The notes under the pieces are model-generated. The model searched no databases and was not told the origin of the DNA. It saw only the letters and a list, made by a program, of their open reading frames with translations. 64,000 bases of DNA from Vicugna vicugna (lineage: Eukaryota): the NCBI GenBank assembly GCA_013265495.1, contig MU058645.1, positions 848,995 through 912,994 of the forward strand. Direction: 5' to 3'. The translations under genes were made by a program, and so were the position numbers. Shown one piece after another: positions 48,401-61,300 of this stretch (position 1 is the first letter of the stretch; every line of letters begins with the position of its first letter).

Positions 48401-49924
48401 CCCCCTTCCCTCCTGTCTCCAAAGTACATGAATGTGCAGAGAATCTCTCCTTTAGCCGTGGTTGCTTCTGGAGGGCTTCGGGGGTCTTCAGCAGAAAGGA
48501 GACAGTTGCCAGTGTGTGTCCCCATTCATACTCTGAATATTTTACAGCATACATGCATACTTCTTCAATAAAAATATATTTAATTAAAAAATAAAGATGT
48601 ATTTTTATGTACATATACACAAACCACACTGGACCTCACAGATCTAAAAACTGGAAGTGTGATCTTGGTGGAAAAATAAAATGCTAAGGACCCCCCCTAC
48701 CCCGGTAATTTCTTTTTAGTTCTTATACCGACTTGAATCCTTCCAAAGAAGTACACTGACAGAATAAGCAACAGATCTTTAAAAAGAAAATGCTGCAAGG
48801 TGACCCAGGAAACGGCAATTTTGCTAAAAGTAGCTGGCATCCAAGCTCAGTTGGCACAGCCCTGAGGTCTCTTGCCTTTTAAATTTAATGCACTTTTTAA
48901 GTCCCTGGTGCATGCTAATTCTTGACAAACAAAGTTGAAACAGTTGGTGAGTGTTTATGTGACTATTACATTATCATGAGTGCTTATTCAGGATTAATAC
49001 ACAAGGACACATAAACTGAGAAATCTGCTAACATCCTCAGACTCGAGGAGCAATTTCTACCCACGCCATGAACTCTTGGCTGGAGGCAGGTCTGACAAAG
49101 AAGAGGCAGAATAAGACTAGCGCATCACGTAGCCGATCAGCCCAGATTACACCTGTCAATTGATTTGCTTTTAGTTCAGGAAGTAACATCGTTGTGTAAC
49201 TATCTGCCTGATTCAGTCTCAGCTTCTTCGGCGGTACTGAGACGGCAATCTCCTAGCAGACTGACAGTCATATTTTCTGAGCCTAAACACTACGCCTCGA
49301 GCTGGTGCCAAATCAGTGGGTCAGAGGCTAAGATAAAGAATTATTAACAACAAATAAGAATGAAAGAAAGCACGTTCAAGCAGGCCCTGTGCTTTCTGAA
49401 ATATTTGGATAACTTTTTAAGTGTAACTTATAATTAAGAAAAAGTCACCAAATTTTAGCAAAACGATCAACTCTGAAAACCAAGCTATGTGTTTTAAAGT
49501 GTGCTTGACAGTCTTCATCACAGAGCATTGTTGTCTATTTTGGAAAAGGCAGTTCTCTGCTCTGGAGTTCGGTGTCTATTTTGAGTTCATGCGCCACAAC
49601 CCCCTAGAATATGAGATGAGCGTGTCTGCCTTTGATACCCAGTTTCCTGGGGGAAGACCAGAACCTTGGCAGTGAAATATATCAGAAAATTTGCTGGTTT
49701 CTACTCCTGTGCATGGACATTTAATCTCATGAAATATTTGCCAGGAGGTAATTCTAAAAGGATTCTTCTGTACAAGCCTATCTGCTCAGAAACAGGAAGC
49801 ACAAGCTTCGCTCATCAAGCTCTCACTGTCGTCGGCACATCCACAGTCTGCTCACCCCTCCCCTGTCAAAATAGGGCATATCTTTCTTGTTTTTCAGATG
49901 AGGAAACCAAGGTTCCAAAAGGCT

Positions 49925-49984
49925 CACCCAAGGAAGCAACCTAAATGTCCAATGACAGGTGATTGGATAAAGAAATTGTGGCGT

Positions 49985-50037
<53 letters not shown>

Positions 50038-50475
50038 GGAATACTACTCAGCCATTAAAAAGAATGAAATAATGCCATTTGCAGCAAGATGGTGGACCTA
50101 GAGATTGTCATACTAAGTGAAGTAAGTCTGACAAAGAAAGACAAATATATTTATACTTGGAATCTAAAAAAAATGACACAAATGAACTTATTTACAAAAC
50201 AGACTCAATGACATAGAAAACAAACTTATGGTTACCAGGGGGAAAAGAGATAAATTAGGATTTGGGGATCACCAGATACAAAGTACTATGTATAAAATAG
50301 ATAAACAACAAGGCCCTACTGTATAGCACAGGGAACAAAATTCAGTATCTTGTAATAACCTATAAAGAAAAAGAATACAAAAATACATATATACATGTAT
50401 AACTGAAACACTTTGCTGTACACCAGAAACTAACATGACATTGTAAATCAACTCTACTTCACTTTCAAAAAATAA
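49925..50475 (+). mobile_element. L1 3' end with internal (CA)n, inserted into a MIR
   Basis: ggaagcaacctaaatgtcca..(CA)n 49988-50033..tgctgtacaccagaaactaaca..aaaaaa; MIR halves cagatgaggaaaccaagg / ccaagatcacacag on either side. Confidence 0.85.
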
Positions 50476-51744
50476 GAGTAAACAAATGGCTCAGCCAAGA
50501 TCACACAGGGAAGTGGCTGAGGCAGGGCCTCATCCCGGGAGTGGGGGGGTCCAAGTGTGCCCCTAACCAAGTCCCGCTGACAGCACCGGTCTGTGCATCA
50601 AGCCACAGCATGAGGCCTCTTTGGAGAGATGGCATGTCCTGTCCTGTCCCGGAAGCCTTGGGGCTGAGGACCCTGGGGCATCATTGACCATCAGTTTGCC
50701 AGCGTTTCTCACTCGTGCCTTGCTCACGTTCCTGGCAAGATTCATTTGGCCAAGAAGAGGAAGAAAGCCAAGGCAGGTAGGATCAGAACACCATGGCCAA
50801 GATCGCCGGCCTGGCTTCTTGCCTGATGCTCTCTGAGCAGCCTGGGAGCAGCCCCGGCCTGGGGGGGATCTGACAGTCCCAGGTGCGAGGTCCAGGCACC
50901 TGGAGTGACGCAGCCTCTTCTTCCAATATCTCAGCCTGTGTCGGGAGCAGCATGGCCGGGAGCTGCACCTGAGGCCCCCCCAACCCCATGAAGACCCGCA
51001 GGGCTCAGTCACGGTCCTGCAGTTCCTCTGGGGCCTCCTTTCCCAAGTCAGGAAAAATGAGGCCATTTAAAAAGCCAGTTGAATAAACTAATGTCCTAAT
51101 GAGCTGGAACCACAAAACAGATCGCAGGTTTGGTGTCAGTCCCCCCAGAGGAAAAGGCAGAATTCGTAACACTGCACACAGGACTCTCTTGGCTTGGTCG
51201 GTGAAGAAAACCCTCTTCTAAGGGAAGGGAACAAGGAGAACAGAAGCCAGCCTCCTCCTTGACAGTTCCCATCAGCCAGCTCGCTGATGGGCAGGACCCA
51301 TCAGTTTCACTTTGGCATGTCTGGAATCCTGCCAAGACACGCACAGACCCGTGAGCTCACCAGTGCCCACTGGCCACTCGGCGGTGCTGCCGGCAGGCAC
51401 AGGGGTGAACCACGGCCAACCACTCTGCAGGCCCAATTTCCCCAATTTATTACTTGATTTTGAGAAATCTCCCTGCACTTGCTGTCTGATGCTGGTTTTG
51501 CGGGCATCACTGGGGCTCACTGCCCATCCTGAATAATTGTTTTTCTTGGTTCGCTTGGCTCTCACCTGGCTGGATTTCCACCCATCTATCAATCACATTT
51601 GAGCTGTCAAAGCGAGAAGCCAAACATCTCAGTCACGAGCCTTCTTGGACCCGAGTTCCCCTCGGCCCTTGGATGGAGCCGGGGAGAAGCAGTGACAGGG
51701 AGAAGGCAGCACGCTCACCCGGGCCATCGTCACCAGGGGAGACG

Positions 51745-52010
51745 TGTCACATGCACATGTTTGCACACAATACACCCCACCTAGATGCACACACACATAC
51801 TCACCCAGGCACTGTGGGCTCACACACACAAATACACGTGCACATGAACACAACGCACGTGCAAACAATACACACGCCATGGACACCACTTGCACATGCG
51901 CGCTGGTGGGCACACACAGATGCACACACATACACACGTGCATACATGTGCACACAGTACGCACCACACACAGACACATGCACACGTGCTGGTAGGCACA
52001 CACACGCTTT
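51745..52010. repeat. Degenerate CA/TG-rich low-complexity repeat
   Basis: cacatgcacatg..cacacacatac..acacgtgcacatg. Confidence 0.9.
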
Positions 52011-52784
52011 TGCTGCCTCCCGTTCTAAACCAGGCCTCGCAAGTCTATGCAATGTTCCAACCTGAAACTGACTCCACGCTGAGGCCCCCCAACTGGCTGA
52101 TGTTGTCAAATAGACCCTTCTCCTCCCTGGTGCAGAAAGGTCTAGTGTTTATTGTCCAGTGAGCATCAGACACGACTGGGTCTTTTTTTTAAGCATTGAC
52201 GTTACCTGATTTTTTTCATGGACTTTAGAAAGTGTTGAATAAATGAATTGATCTGACTGCAGAACCTCTGGCAAGTCGTTTAACCTCTCTGTGCTTCCAG
52301 TTCCCTGTCAATAAACAGGAGCGTGACATCCACCCCCGAGGCTGCCGTGTGGCCGGCGGGAGCGTGGTTGGCAGCCCTCCCCGACATCGGTAGCTGGACG
52401 CCCGGCTCCACGCGGTGCTTCATGGTGGAGAAGGGCTTACTGACAGTCCTGGGCAGGTGCTACACGCACAACAGAAAGGCTGGGGTCAAGGCACCTTCAC
52501 ATAAGAAGCATCAGTCATTGTAATGGTGTAAAAATTTGTGCAGCAAGCAGACAACAGGCTCCCAGCTACTCCTCAGCCAGAAACTATAAAGAGCCGGGCG
52601 CTGTCTTCTCCCCAAGAAGAGGCTTCTCCAGTCCCCGGAGGCCACTGTCTCTCCTATACTCACTGCCCAGACGTGCCCTTCGTGACCCCATCTTCCCTCC
52701 AAGGCTGCAATCATTCAAAAGGGGAAAAACTGCTGAGCAAAAGGAACTAACCAGAGACACTACCCAACGAAAATTCTAAGCGGA

Positions 52785-52970
52785 GACACATCTAGCTTTG
52801 GTGGGCTCTGAATCTTGTACCATTTGGGGGGGTGCTTTTTAAGGAAAAAAAAGCACAAAATGATAAATATAAAGTTAGGGATGAATATGCAGATTTATGT
52901 ATAATGAGAAGAGAAACAATGCCAGATCTCTGGATCTCGGGGGCCCTCTCTTCCGGGACATCCTGAGCTG
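52785..52970. mobile_element. hAT-type MITE (MER69/Arthur1-like)
   Basis: tttggtgggctctgaatcttgtaccatttgggggggtgctttttaaggaaaa..tataatgagaagagaaac resembles the recalled consensus. Confidence 0.5.
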
Positions 52971-54574
52971 CGTGGCCCCTCATGCTCACACAAGGCTCCC
53001 TTCGCTCCACACCTGCACCCCTCAACCCCGCACGACCACACAGCCACCCCGGGCTTCCGTGTCTTCCTGGTAAGTCCAGTTCTGTGTGTCCTTCAGGGAC
53101 TAGGATGCCACGCTGCCTACGTTTGTAGAGAATGATGACAACTTTGGCAAGAGCCAGAATCATCCAGTGGCTCTGAGTGTCCGCCTGCTGCCTTGAGGGT
53201 TGGGAATTAAGTTGAAACTCACCCAATCTGGTTTTTTATTAAGTGAGCCAGATCATCAAAATAATCCCACCAGGGCCTTTCTAAATTCTGAAAAGCAAGT
53301 GAAATAATGGCTGGATTAGTGCTTAATATTTATCCAGTTAGCATATTGGTTTTCAATAGCTGGTGCTTATGGGGCAGTGGAGTGGCTCCCGGGCTAGACC
53401 ACGCTCACCTCTGCCCTGAGCATCTTCCTCTCTCGGTCGACAGCCCATGGGTCCTGTGAGGACCATTCCCCTTTCCTCTGTCTCTTCATCCACCTGCACT
53501 GAGGATCTACACAGCGCCATCTGGGCGATGGTTTATCCACGAATGTCACCGCAGAATGTCCCAGAAATCTGTGCCATAGATCTCATTCCACTTCCCCACG
53601 TCCACAGCGTGGTGGGAGAGAGTGCCCTCCTCCCCAGGGCCTCGCCGCCCGCATCCCCTTGGACAAACACCGCTCTCCACCTCGCGTCCCGTGCCCCTGC
53701 CTGCGCAGACTCACGCCCATCACCCCAGCTGGATGGGGCCCCTCCTCTCCTGCAGTCCTGTGGCCCCTACTTCCACCGCCCCGTGGTGGCTTCACCACAG
53801 CTACGCAGACACCTGACTCACCCGGCCTCACCTGATTGCCAGTCAAGTCTCCCCACACACCTGGAACTCTGAGGGCCGGGGGTGGAGAGTGGAGTGATGG
53901 AGAAACTGAACATGCTTTTTATACAAAGGACCTCAGGGTACTTTCCACTGAAAACTACAATGTTTTGAAAATTACTGATGAAAAACTGCATTCTATTTAG
54001 GAGCGACCTTGGACATCTGGGGGTGCCTGCGTGTCCTTGGGCGGGTTGTCTACCCTTTTGGTGCCTAGAGTCCGTCAGCAGGAAAGCAAGGGTAACCATA
54101 GCACCGCCTCCATGGCTCACTCAAGACTCACGTGGGTTGGATGAGCCCAAATGGGTACAAGGTAGGCACGCACTAAAAAGTAAGCTTATTGTTCTGGCCC
54201 GGATCGCGGGGATGGAACACCGCCCTGTCTTAGCTGCTGCAGCAGAGTCGGATCGACTTTGGGGAACAAGCAGCAAGGCTGCTGGGGGGCCAGTTCTCAC
54301 GCAGCCCAAACACGGGCTTTTCTTGTCGGGGCTCCTGCCTGGGCAGCCGCGCTCCATCCGCCCGGCTGTGAAAGGCCCGTCTTCACACGAATCCCCCGCT
54401 GCTTCCAGCTGCTTCCATTCCAGGTCTGTCTAAACAAGAACCACCATGCCTGCTGCCCCTCGTCTGGCATTTCAACAGCAGTCAAGCCTGAATCCCAAAG
54501 AAGGGCTGCTCCGCCACGACTCTCTCCCCCAAGGCTTCAGGTCCTGCCTGTTTGCTTGAAATTTCCAACATTTT

Positions 54575-54690
54575 GGGGGGGTTGGGGGAGGTGATTAGAT
54601 TTATTTATTTTAATGAAGACACTGGGGGTTGAACCCAGGACCTTGTGCTTGCTAAGCACTCACTCTACCACCGAGCTGCACCCTCCCCCC
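54575..54690 (-). mobile_element. tRNA-derived SINE (Tylopoda vic-1-like) with TSD
   Basis: Reverse complement ggggggagggtgcagctcggtggtagag..ggttcaaccccc; TSD gaaatttccaac at 54558-54569 and 54691-54702. Confidence 0.88.
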
Positions 54691-55984
54691 GAAATTTCCA
54701 ACTTTTGGCTCTCCTCTAAATAGATGCAGCAGTGGGACATTATCCAGTCTGCATGGGTGTTCCAATCAGAACTGTCTGTAGGGCATCACACTTTGTTTCT
54801 GCAAACTGCAAGGTACCGCCCAGATGACTGACTGAATGTATTTTAAGGGTAGAATAAGAGATTCTTGGCTCCAGGTCCCAAGACAATAATCACTCACCTT
54901 AAAGCTGCACAGAACATGCCTGTCATGGCTTCACTCTGCCTGATATGGACTATAATCTGAACTGTAATCTCCTCTGTCACGTGTCACGTCCCATCGCCCT
55001 TGGCTTAACTTACTGCAGGCGCCATCTAACTGGCCTCCCAGCCTCGAAGCTTGCCCCCACTCCCACCCATCCCTCCTTTTGGCATGCAGTTATTTTTTTT
55101 AAATTCTTAACTGATGAGTTTTACAGGGGGTGGGGGGAGGGAAGTAAAGTACAGCTGAACTTCAGCATCAAAAGTCTTACAGCTGAGAATAACTACCACA
55201 TGTCATTTTGCTAGGTCATTAGTTTTTAAGATCTCAGATTCTCTAAAGTGACTTAGAACCCCAATTTGACAATTCTATAAAAAGAGTGTTGATGAATGAA
55301 TGACGAATCTGGAGCAAGCACAGGGTATCTTGAGTGTTCAGCATTTTGACAGTCACATGCCTGGTCTTTGCATCCATCATGACATAATCATTGCAATAGC
55401 CATACACACGGGAAAATGCAAAAGCGCCCTGACCACATCTCACAGCACGGAACAGCTTTCAGAGTCTCCATACCTTTGTTGGTCTAAACCTAAGTCAATG
55501 TGTTTGAAAACGAAGAGTACACGTGAGTCTTGGGGGTGAGAATGTTAGTCTGGGAATATTTTCCTATTTTGTGTCTTCATTCTGAAAATCTTCAAAAATA
55601 ATGTATTGTCTGGATCAGATGATGTAGACGACGGTCCTTTAATGTTCCTGCCATGCTATTTCGGAGTTCAAGTTCACGTCTGGGCTCATGAGCCCAGTGA
55701 TTACCTAAACCTGTTCCACCTTTGATACACTGGCAAGCATATTTCAATACACTGCCTTTAGGTGCCATGCCTTCATGCCAAAACCCCATTATCTTCCAGG
55801 TGAACTCAGGTTGAGGGTTTCTTTTAACCAGCTCTGAAAACAAAATTTCTGTTTAGGAATGATCATTTACAATCAAGAAGTATTTTTCAAATACTGAAAG
55901 TTTGGTTTCTTAAATTATAATAGAGTTCATTTGACCTCATGAAATCCACCAGTAGGACAGTGTGATATATCACATCTCAGCAAG

Positions 55985-56560
55985 AAACCAAGGGCTAGAG
56001 GTTATGAGTTACAATGGCTGGGTTCTAATCCTAGCACTGCTACATTTTAACTGTGGGGTTTTGGGTTGGGTTCTTAACCTGTCTGTGCCTCAGTTTTCTT
56101 GACTGTAAAATGGTTTAATCTATTTGTGGCAAATACTACTTTCAGCAAGATTTCTAGTTCTCCTTTGCTTCCAGGGACACGTCCCCTTGAAGTTAGGTAT
56201 GAAATGCTTTGGCCAATGAAATATCAATGAAAGTGATGTGAGTGATTTTGAGGGAGAAATATTATAAAAGCTGGTGCTCTGAGTTTTTCTCCAAGTTTTC
56301 TTCACTTAGAGAAATGATCATGGACGCTCAAGCTGATTTGAAGTTGACATAAGATGGAAACTGAGCCTCCATAAATGACTTGACATGCCCAAGAAATAGA
56401 CTTTGGCTGAGTTAAGCCACTGAGATTTTTGCTGTTGCTTGTTACACAGCATAGGCTAGCCTGTTCTGACTGACACACTTCCCCACAGGATGTTGTGAGA
56501 TAAATGAATTAGTGTGCATAAACACTTTAAAAATGCCTAGTACATACAAGCTATGTAATT
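55985..56560 (+). mobile_element. MIR split by an old MaLR LTR (MLT1J/K-like, ~56120-56478)
   Basis: gggttctaatcctagcactgc..tgcctcagttttcttgactgtaaaatgg | LTR ending gttacacagcataggctagcctgttctgactgacaca | ggatgttgtgagataaatga. Confidence 0.65.
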
Positions 56561-58629
56561 TGCTAAAATTGCTCTATTCCATTTATCCTAACCTGTACAT
56601 TTTTTTCACGTGCCCACTTCTTATCATCGATGGCATCTCCTATTTTAATTGGCAACAGCATTTCTTTCTAAATGGTCCACAAGATAATGGTGCATCTTAG
56701 ATCCAATGAGATAAAATGTTTCGATGATGGTGAGTTTAGAGGTCAGCGAGTAAAGAGTAGAGGCCTTGGTTTACTATGTAAGTATTGCATTCCTACCTCA
56801 TGGTAGAGATAAAGGTTTTGCAACAGTTTGAGTAGAGGACAGTAAGGGGGGATGGAGTCGTCATAGGAAATACAGTAGTTAATTAACATGAGCTGAATTT
56901 AGCAAAGTGACCACATTTATATTTGGAGCAATGTATTGTTTGGACTCGATCTTCGTACATACCAACTGCCAACAGTTCATTAGTAGTGAATGTAACAGTA
57001 AATATTCAAGAACGGACTTCTGGTAAATGGTTTTTTTAAAAACGTTCATTATTATATTTGAAGTGCACTGATTAATACTCCTATCAGAATAATAGATTGG
57101 CAGTAAAAAGGAAATCCATTAGTTTTTTTTCTAGCAGTGTCAGTCATCACAATAAATTAATGGTAATCTGATTTTTTTGCTTTTATCATTTTCTCTGTAT
57201 TGAACTTGTAAATTTGTCTTAGTTTTACCATTGCAGAAGAACTAGAAGCATTAATTTTTTCTTAGTTTTATTTGGTCAGATATTAATGTAATGGAGCAAT
57301 AAGCATTATTAAGTCAAAACATAGGGTCTTTTAAAGGGGGTTTATACATTATTTAATTTTGAGGAACACTGGCCCAAACCATGCAGCCATACAGCTGTCC
57401 TGGGTTTTTCTGACAACACTCCAAATTTTTTTTCTGTAAAAGAAGTTCTCACAAATGTGCAAACACAAAGAAACCTCAATTTGACAGGCAGCCTGCGAGT
57501 TGAAAGACATGTCCGCATCCTCCATCCTCATCCTCAGCAGACATCCCTGGTCCTTGCAGCCAGGGGAGGCGAGCGGCAATGAGGAGAGACCAGAGACCAT
57601 GTCTGACCCTGGTTCTAGGATTCGGGTTCACTGCTTCAAGGAAAGAGAGATGGTGAAATATTAGCAATTTCACATGCGCTCCGGGAGCAGCGAGGCCACT
57701 TGTGTGGAGACAGCCTCCATCTGCCACAGCCTGGGAGGCACAGGCATCCAGGCTTGTTTGCACACACTCCGCCAAGGTCCGACTCCTGCTGGGACTCCTG
57801 TCAGGGCCGCCGGGGCCGCCACGGGCTGGTGCTGCTGTTGTCACGACCAGAGGAACATCTGCCCCCACGCCCACAGCATCTGTGGGCCCTCCCCATCACA
57901 GGCACCGCCATTCCCCACGACCCAGCCGTGCTGTGCACGTTGCTTGGCTGGTTTCAGGACGAAGAGCACCTGAACGCTTGTTCTCGCCTCTTGACTGGCA
58001 TCGGCCTCCATTGAGTTCTCTAATGATTGAATGAATGATTTGGAAATCCTGATTAGAAATTGAGACATCTTGGCTTCTTGGGAAAATACACTGTTCAAGG
58101 CAAAGAAATGAGAAATCATTCACATTTGATTATCTGACTCTGAACCAGTGTACGGGTTAAAAACAACGACCATCTTAGAGAGATTTTAGGAATGGACCAT
58201 CTTTTCCCAGATGTACAGATCTGGAGGCTACGGAGCTGGAAGTGACCTGCGAGTACCCTGGTGTACCCCCTAGTGTCCGGGAGAGGCGACTCCGGAGTGG
58301 GGAGCCACCCCTCCCAGGGGCCGCGAGCTAACCGCAGCCAGCTGGGCGGAGGCAGGGCTCCGAATCCAGGGCGGGCTCCTCTCTGACCTGCAGAACATTG
58401 ACTACAGCCTTTCACTTCATTTCCCCCTCACCAGCCAGTGGTTCTCAACCATGGCGCCTGCACGCAACAGAGAGATCATCACGCGTGGCCCCAGATCTGG
58501 GTCATCTGATGCTCGGAGCAAACCCACTGTTTGGCAGCATCAGTCAGATGAACTCGGGCGCGAGATCAAGCCCCAAACTAAGAAAAACAGTGGACTGCAT
58601 CCCCCTGAAACACACACGAATGAGGGCAG

Positions 58630-59092
58630 GGGGTTGCTGAGGGTGAATCCTGTCCCCAAGAAAGAGAACTGCTGAAGTTTTGACTCTCGGCACCTGTGAT
58701 TGCGACCTTATTCGGAAGGGGAGTCTTCGCAGATGTAATCAAGTTGAGGTCATTAGGTGGGGGTCCTAGTCCCGTATGACTGGGGTCCACACAGGAGGAG
58801 GAAGAGACACAGAGACAGACACACACAGAGGGAAGACGACGTGGAGACACACAGGGAGGAGCCATGTGAGAGCACAGACTGGGGCGATGTGTCTACAAGC
58901 TAAGGAACCCCAAGGCCCACTGGCCACCGCCAGGAGCTGGACGAGGCCGAGGGATCCTCGCTGCAGGTTTCAGAGGGAGCACAGCCCTGCTGACACCTGG
59001 ATCTTGCCTTTGGCCCCCAGAAATCTGAGAGGAGAAATCTGAGCCATGCCACTGCGGTTACTGCGGTTACTGCAGCCCTGGGAAGCCAATAC
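58630..59092 (+). mobile_element. MaLR LTR (MLT1C/D-like)
   Basis: gaccttattcggaaggggagtcttcgcagatgtaatcaagtt..gagggagcacagccctgctgacacctggat..gcagccctgggaagccaataca. Confidence 0.8.
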
Positions 59093-59711
59093 AGGAGGCA
59101 AACTGTTTGCCTCAAGTAACACGGCGCTCACTGATGTAGTGGTGAGTTTAGACGTCTCAGCTCTTCAAGGGCACCGCCAAAAATGTCTGGAATTGGAAAG
59201 CACCCTGCAAACATGAAATAAAAGAGAACAGCTGCCCAGGTGTTCTCCTTTTCCTCAGACACCTACGTGCCTGCTAATCACGGGTGCCGCCGCCTCTGGA
59301 CCCTACTACCGCCCCTCCTCCACCACAAGACGAAATCTCTCTGGGCCCTCCTCCACCCTCCCCGCCCCCCTCCCCCCCCAGTAACGGACAGACGCAGGTG
59401 ACGAGGACGGCTGGCTGACGGGGGCCCGATTCTACTGCCTGTTCATGTCCAACCACACACCGGTCACTGGTTCAAACATCCATTCAGCAGGTGATTACTG
59501 AGCGCCTGCCGTGGGACAGGTGTGGCTGGAACCTGGGGGCACCGCAGTGAACAACAGAGCAACAGCCCCTTCCGGGGAACTTGAATCAGAGAATAGACAG
59601 AGAAATAGGTAAGGGACAGCGAGGTGAGATGGGCGGGTAGGTAGACAGCAATGGAGATGCAAATGAGATAAACGTCAGGGAGAGATAAGAGGGAGGCAAA
59701 AATAAAACAAA

Positions 59712-59905
59712 GAGAAGTCAACACACTGTAGAGCACGGGGAACTACATTCAACACCTCACAATAACCTATAATGGAAAAGAACCTGAAAAGGAATATATA
59801 TGTGTGTGTGTGTGAGTGTATAAAACTGAATCACTTTGCTGTACACCTGAAACTAGCACAACATTGAAAATCAACTGTACTTCAACGAAAAACTTTTTTT
59901 AAATA
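59712..59905 (+). mobile_element. Short L1 3' end within an L2 remnant
   Basis: actgtagagcacggggaactacattcaa..ctttgctgtacacctgaaacta..aactgtacttcaa. Confidence 0.75.
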
Positions 59906-60734
59906 AGTAAAATCAAACGAAGTGATGTGATGCGGCCTGCCGGGCGGGGATTTTCGTGTCTGGCCAGGAAAGTCGCTGAGCGGGGGACTGGAGCGGAGGT
60001 CTGGGTGTAAGGTCAGCTGCAGCCACCCGAAGGGCGGGGACAGCACGCCAGGCAGAGGTCACAGCCGGGGCAGGGACCCGGGGTCGAGAGCAGGCAGCCC
60101 TCGCGCTCCTGGGCACCCCCGCTTTGGCATTATTCACGGCCGGGTCACTTGCCTTGGGCAGTGCTGCAGGACTCGCCATGTCCCCTTCCCACTTCTGCCC
60201 GAGTCACTGCAGCCACGTGGAGACACAGGGTCCCCAGCGCCTGGTATGAGCAGAGCCCTCTGGCTGCCAGGAGTTAGGACACCTGGGTTCTCCTCCAGGG
60301 AAGAGCACAGTTTTGTTGCTTTAAACCCCTGAGGGCTGGGACTGCTCAGCACAGTGCAGCCGGGTCCGCCCTCCCGCAGGCGGCAGGCCTGCAGGCCAGA
60401 AGGCAGGCGCCCGAGCACCTGGAGGGCCGCGCCAGCGATGGGAGGCGGAGGTGGCCGGAGCCAGGTCAGAGGAGCCCACATAGACCAGCCAAGGGGGTGG
60501 GCTTCCTTTTAAGCACTCTGTGAAGCCACAGGCAAGTTTTCAGCCAGAGAATGAACTATGAGAGAGACAGAAGCAGACAGGAGAAGGAGGCCAGCGTAGT
60601 GGCCTGAGAGCGTGACCCCTGGGGTCGTGACCTCCAGGTGCCCTGCTCACCAGCTCTGTGGCCCGGAGGGGGTCACTTCTGTGCCAGGCTTGATCCACCT
60701 TTATCTTTTGTTGTTGTTTTTTTGGGGGGGGGTT

Positions 60735-61300
60735 GTTTTTTAATTTTATTTTTTATTGAAGTGTAGTTGATTTACAATGTTAGTTTCAGGTGTACAGCAA
60801 TGCAATTCAGCAATACACATACATATTCTTTTCAGATTCTTTTTCATTATAGCTTATTACAAGAAACTGAATACAACAACTCAATTACAAGAAACTGTGC
60901 TCTACAGTAGATCTTTGTTGTTTACCTGTTTTATATATAGTAATGTGTATCTGTCAATCCCAAACTCCTAATTTATCCCTCCCCCACTTTCCCCTTTGGT
61001 AACCATAGTTTGTTTTCTATGTTCGTGAGTCTGTTTCTGATTTGTAAATAACATTTGTAATTTTTTTAGATTCCACATATAAGTGATATCATATGATATT
61101 TGTCTTTCTCTGTCTGACTCACTTCGCTTAATATGATGATCTCCAGGTCCATCCATGTTGCTGCACATGGCATTATTTCATTCTTTTTTATGGCTGAGTA
61201 ATATTCGAACTTATATATAGATCACATCTTTATCCAGTCATCTGTGGATGGATATTTACATTGTCTCTATCTCTTGCCTATTGTAAATAATGCTGCTTTG
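60735..61300 (-). mobile_element. L1 3' end inserted into a MIR
   Basis: ttttattgaagtgtagttgatttacaatgttagtttcagg..gtaaataatgctgct; MIR halves at ~60590-60700 and ~61305-61400. Confidence 0.85.

Noticed and set aside
51629..52162. His/Thr- and Cys/Val-rich ORFs
   Set aside because: Translations of CA/TG low-complexity repeat.
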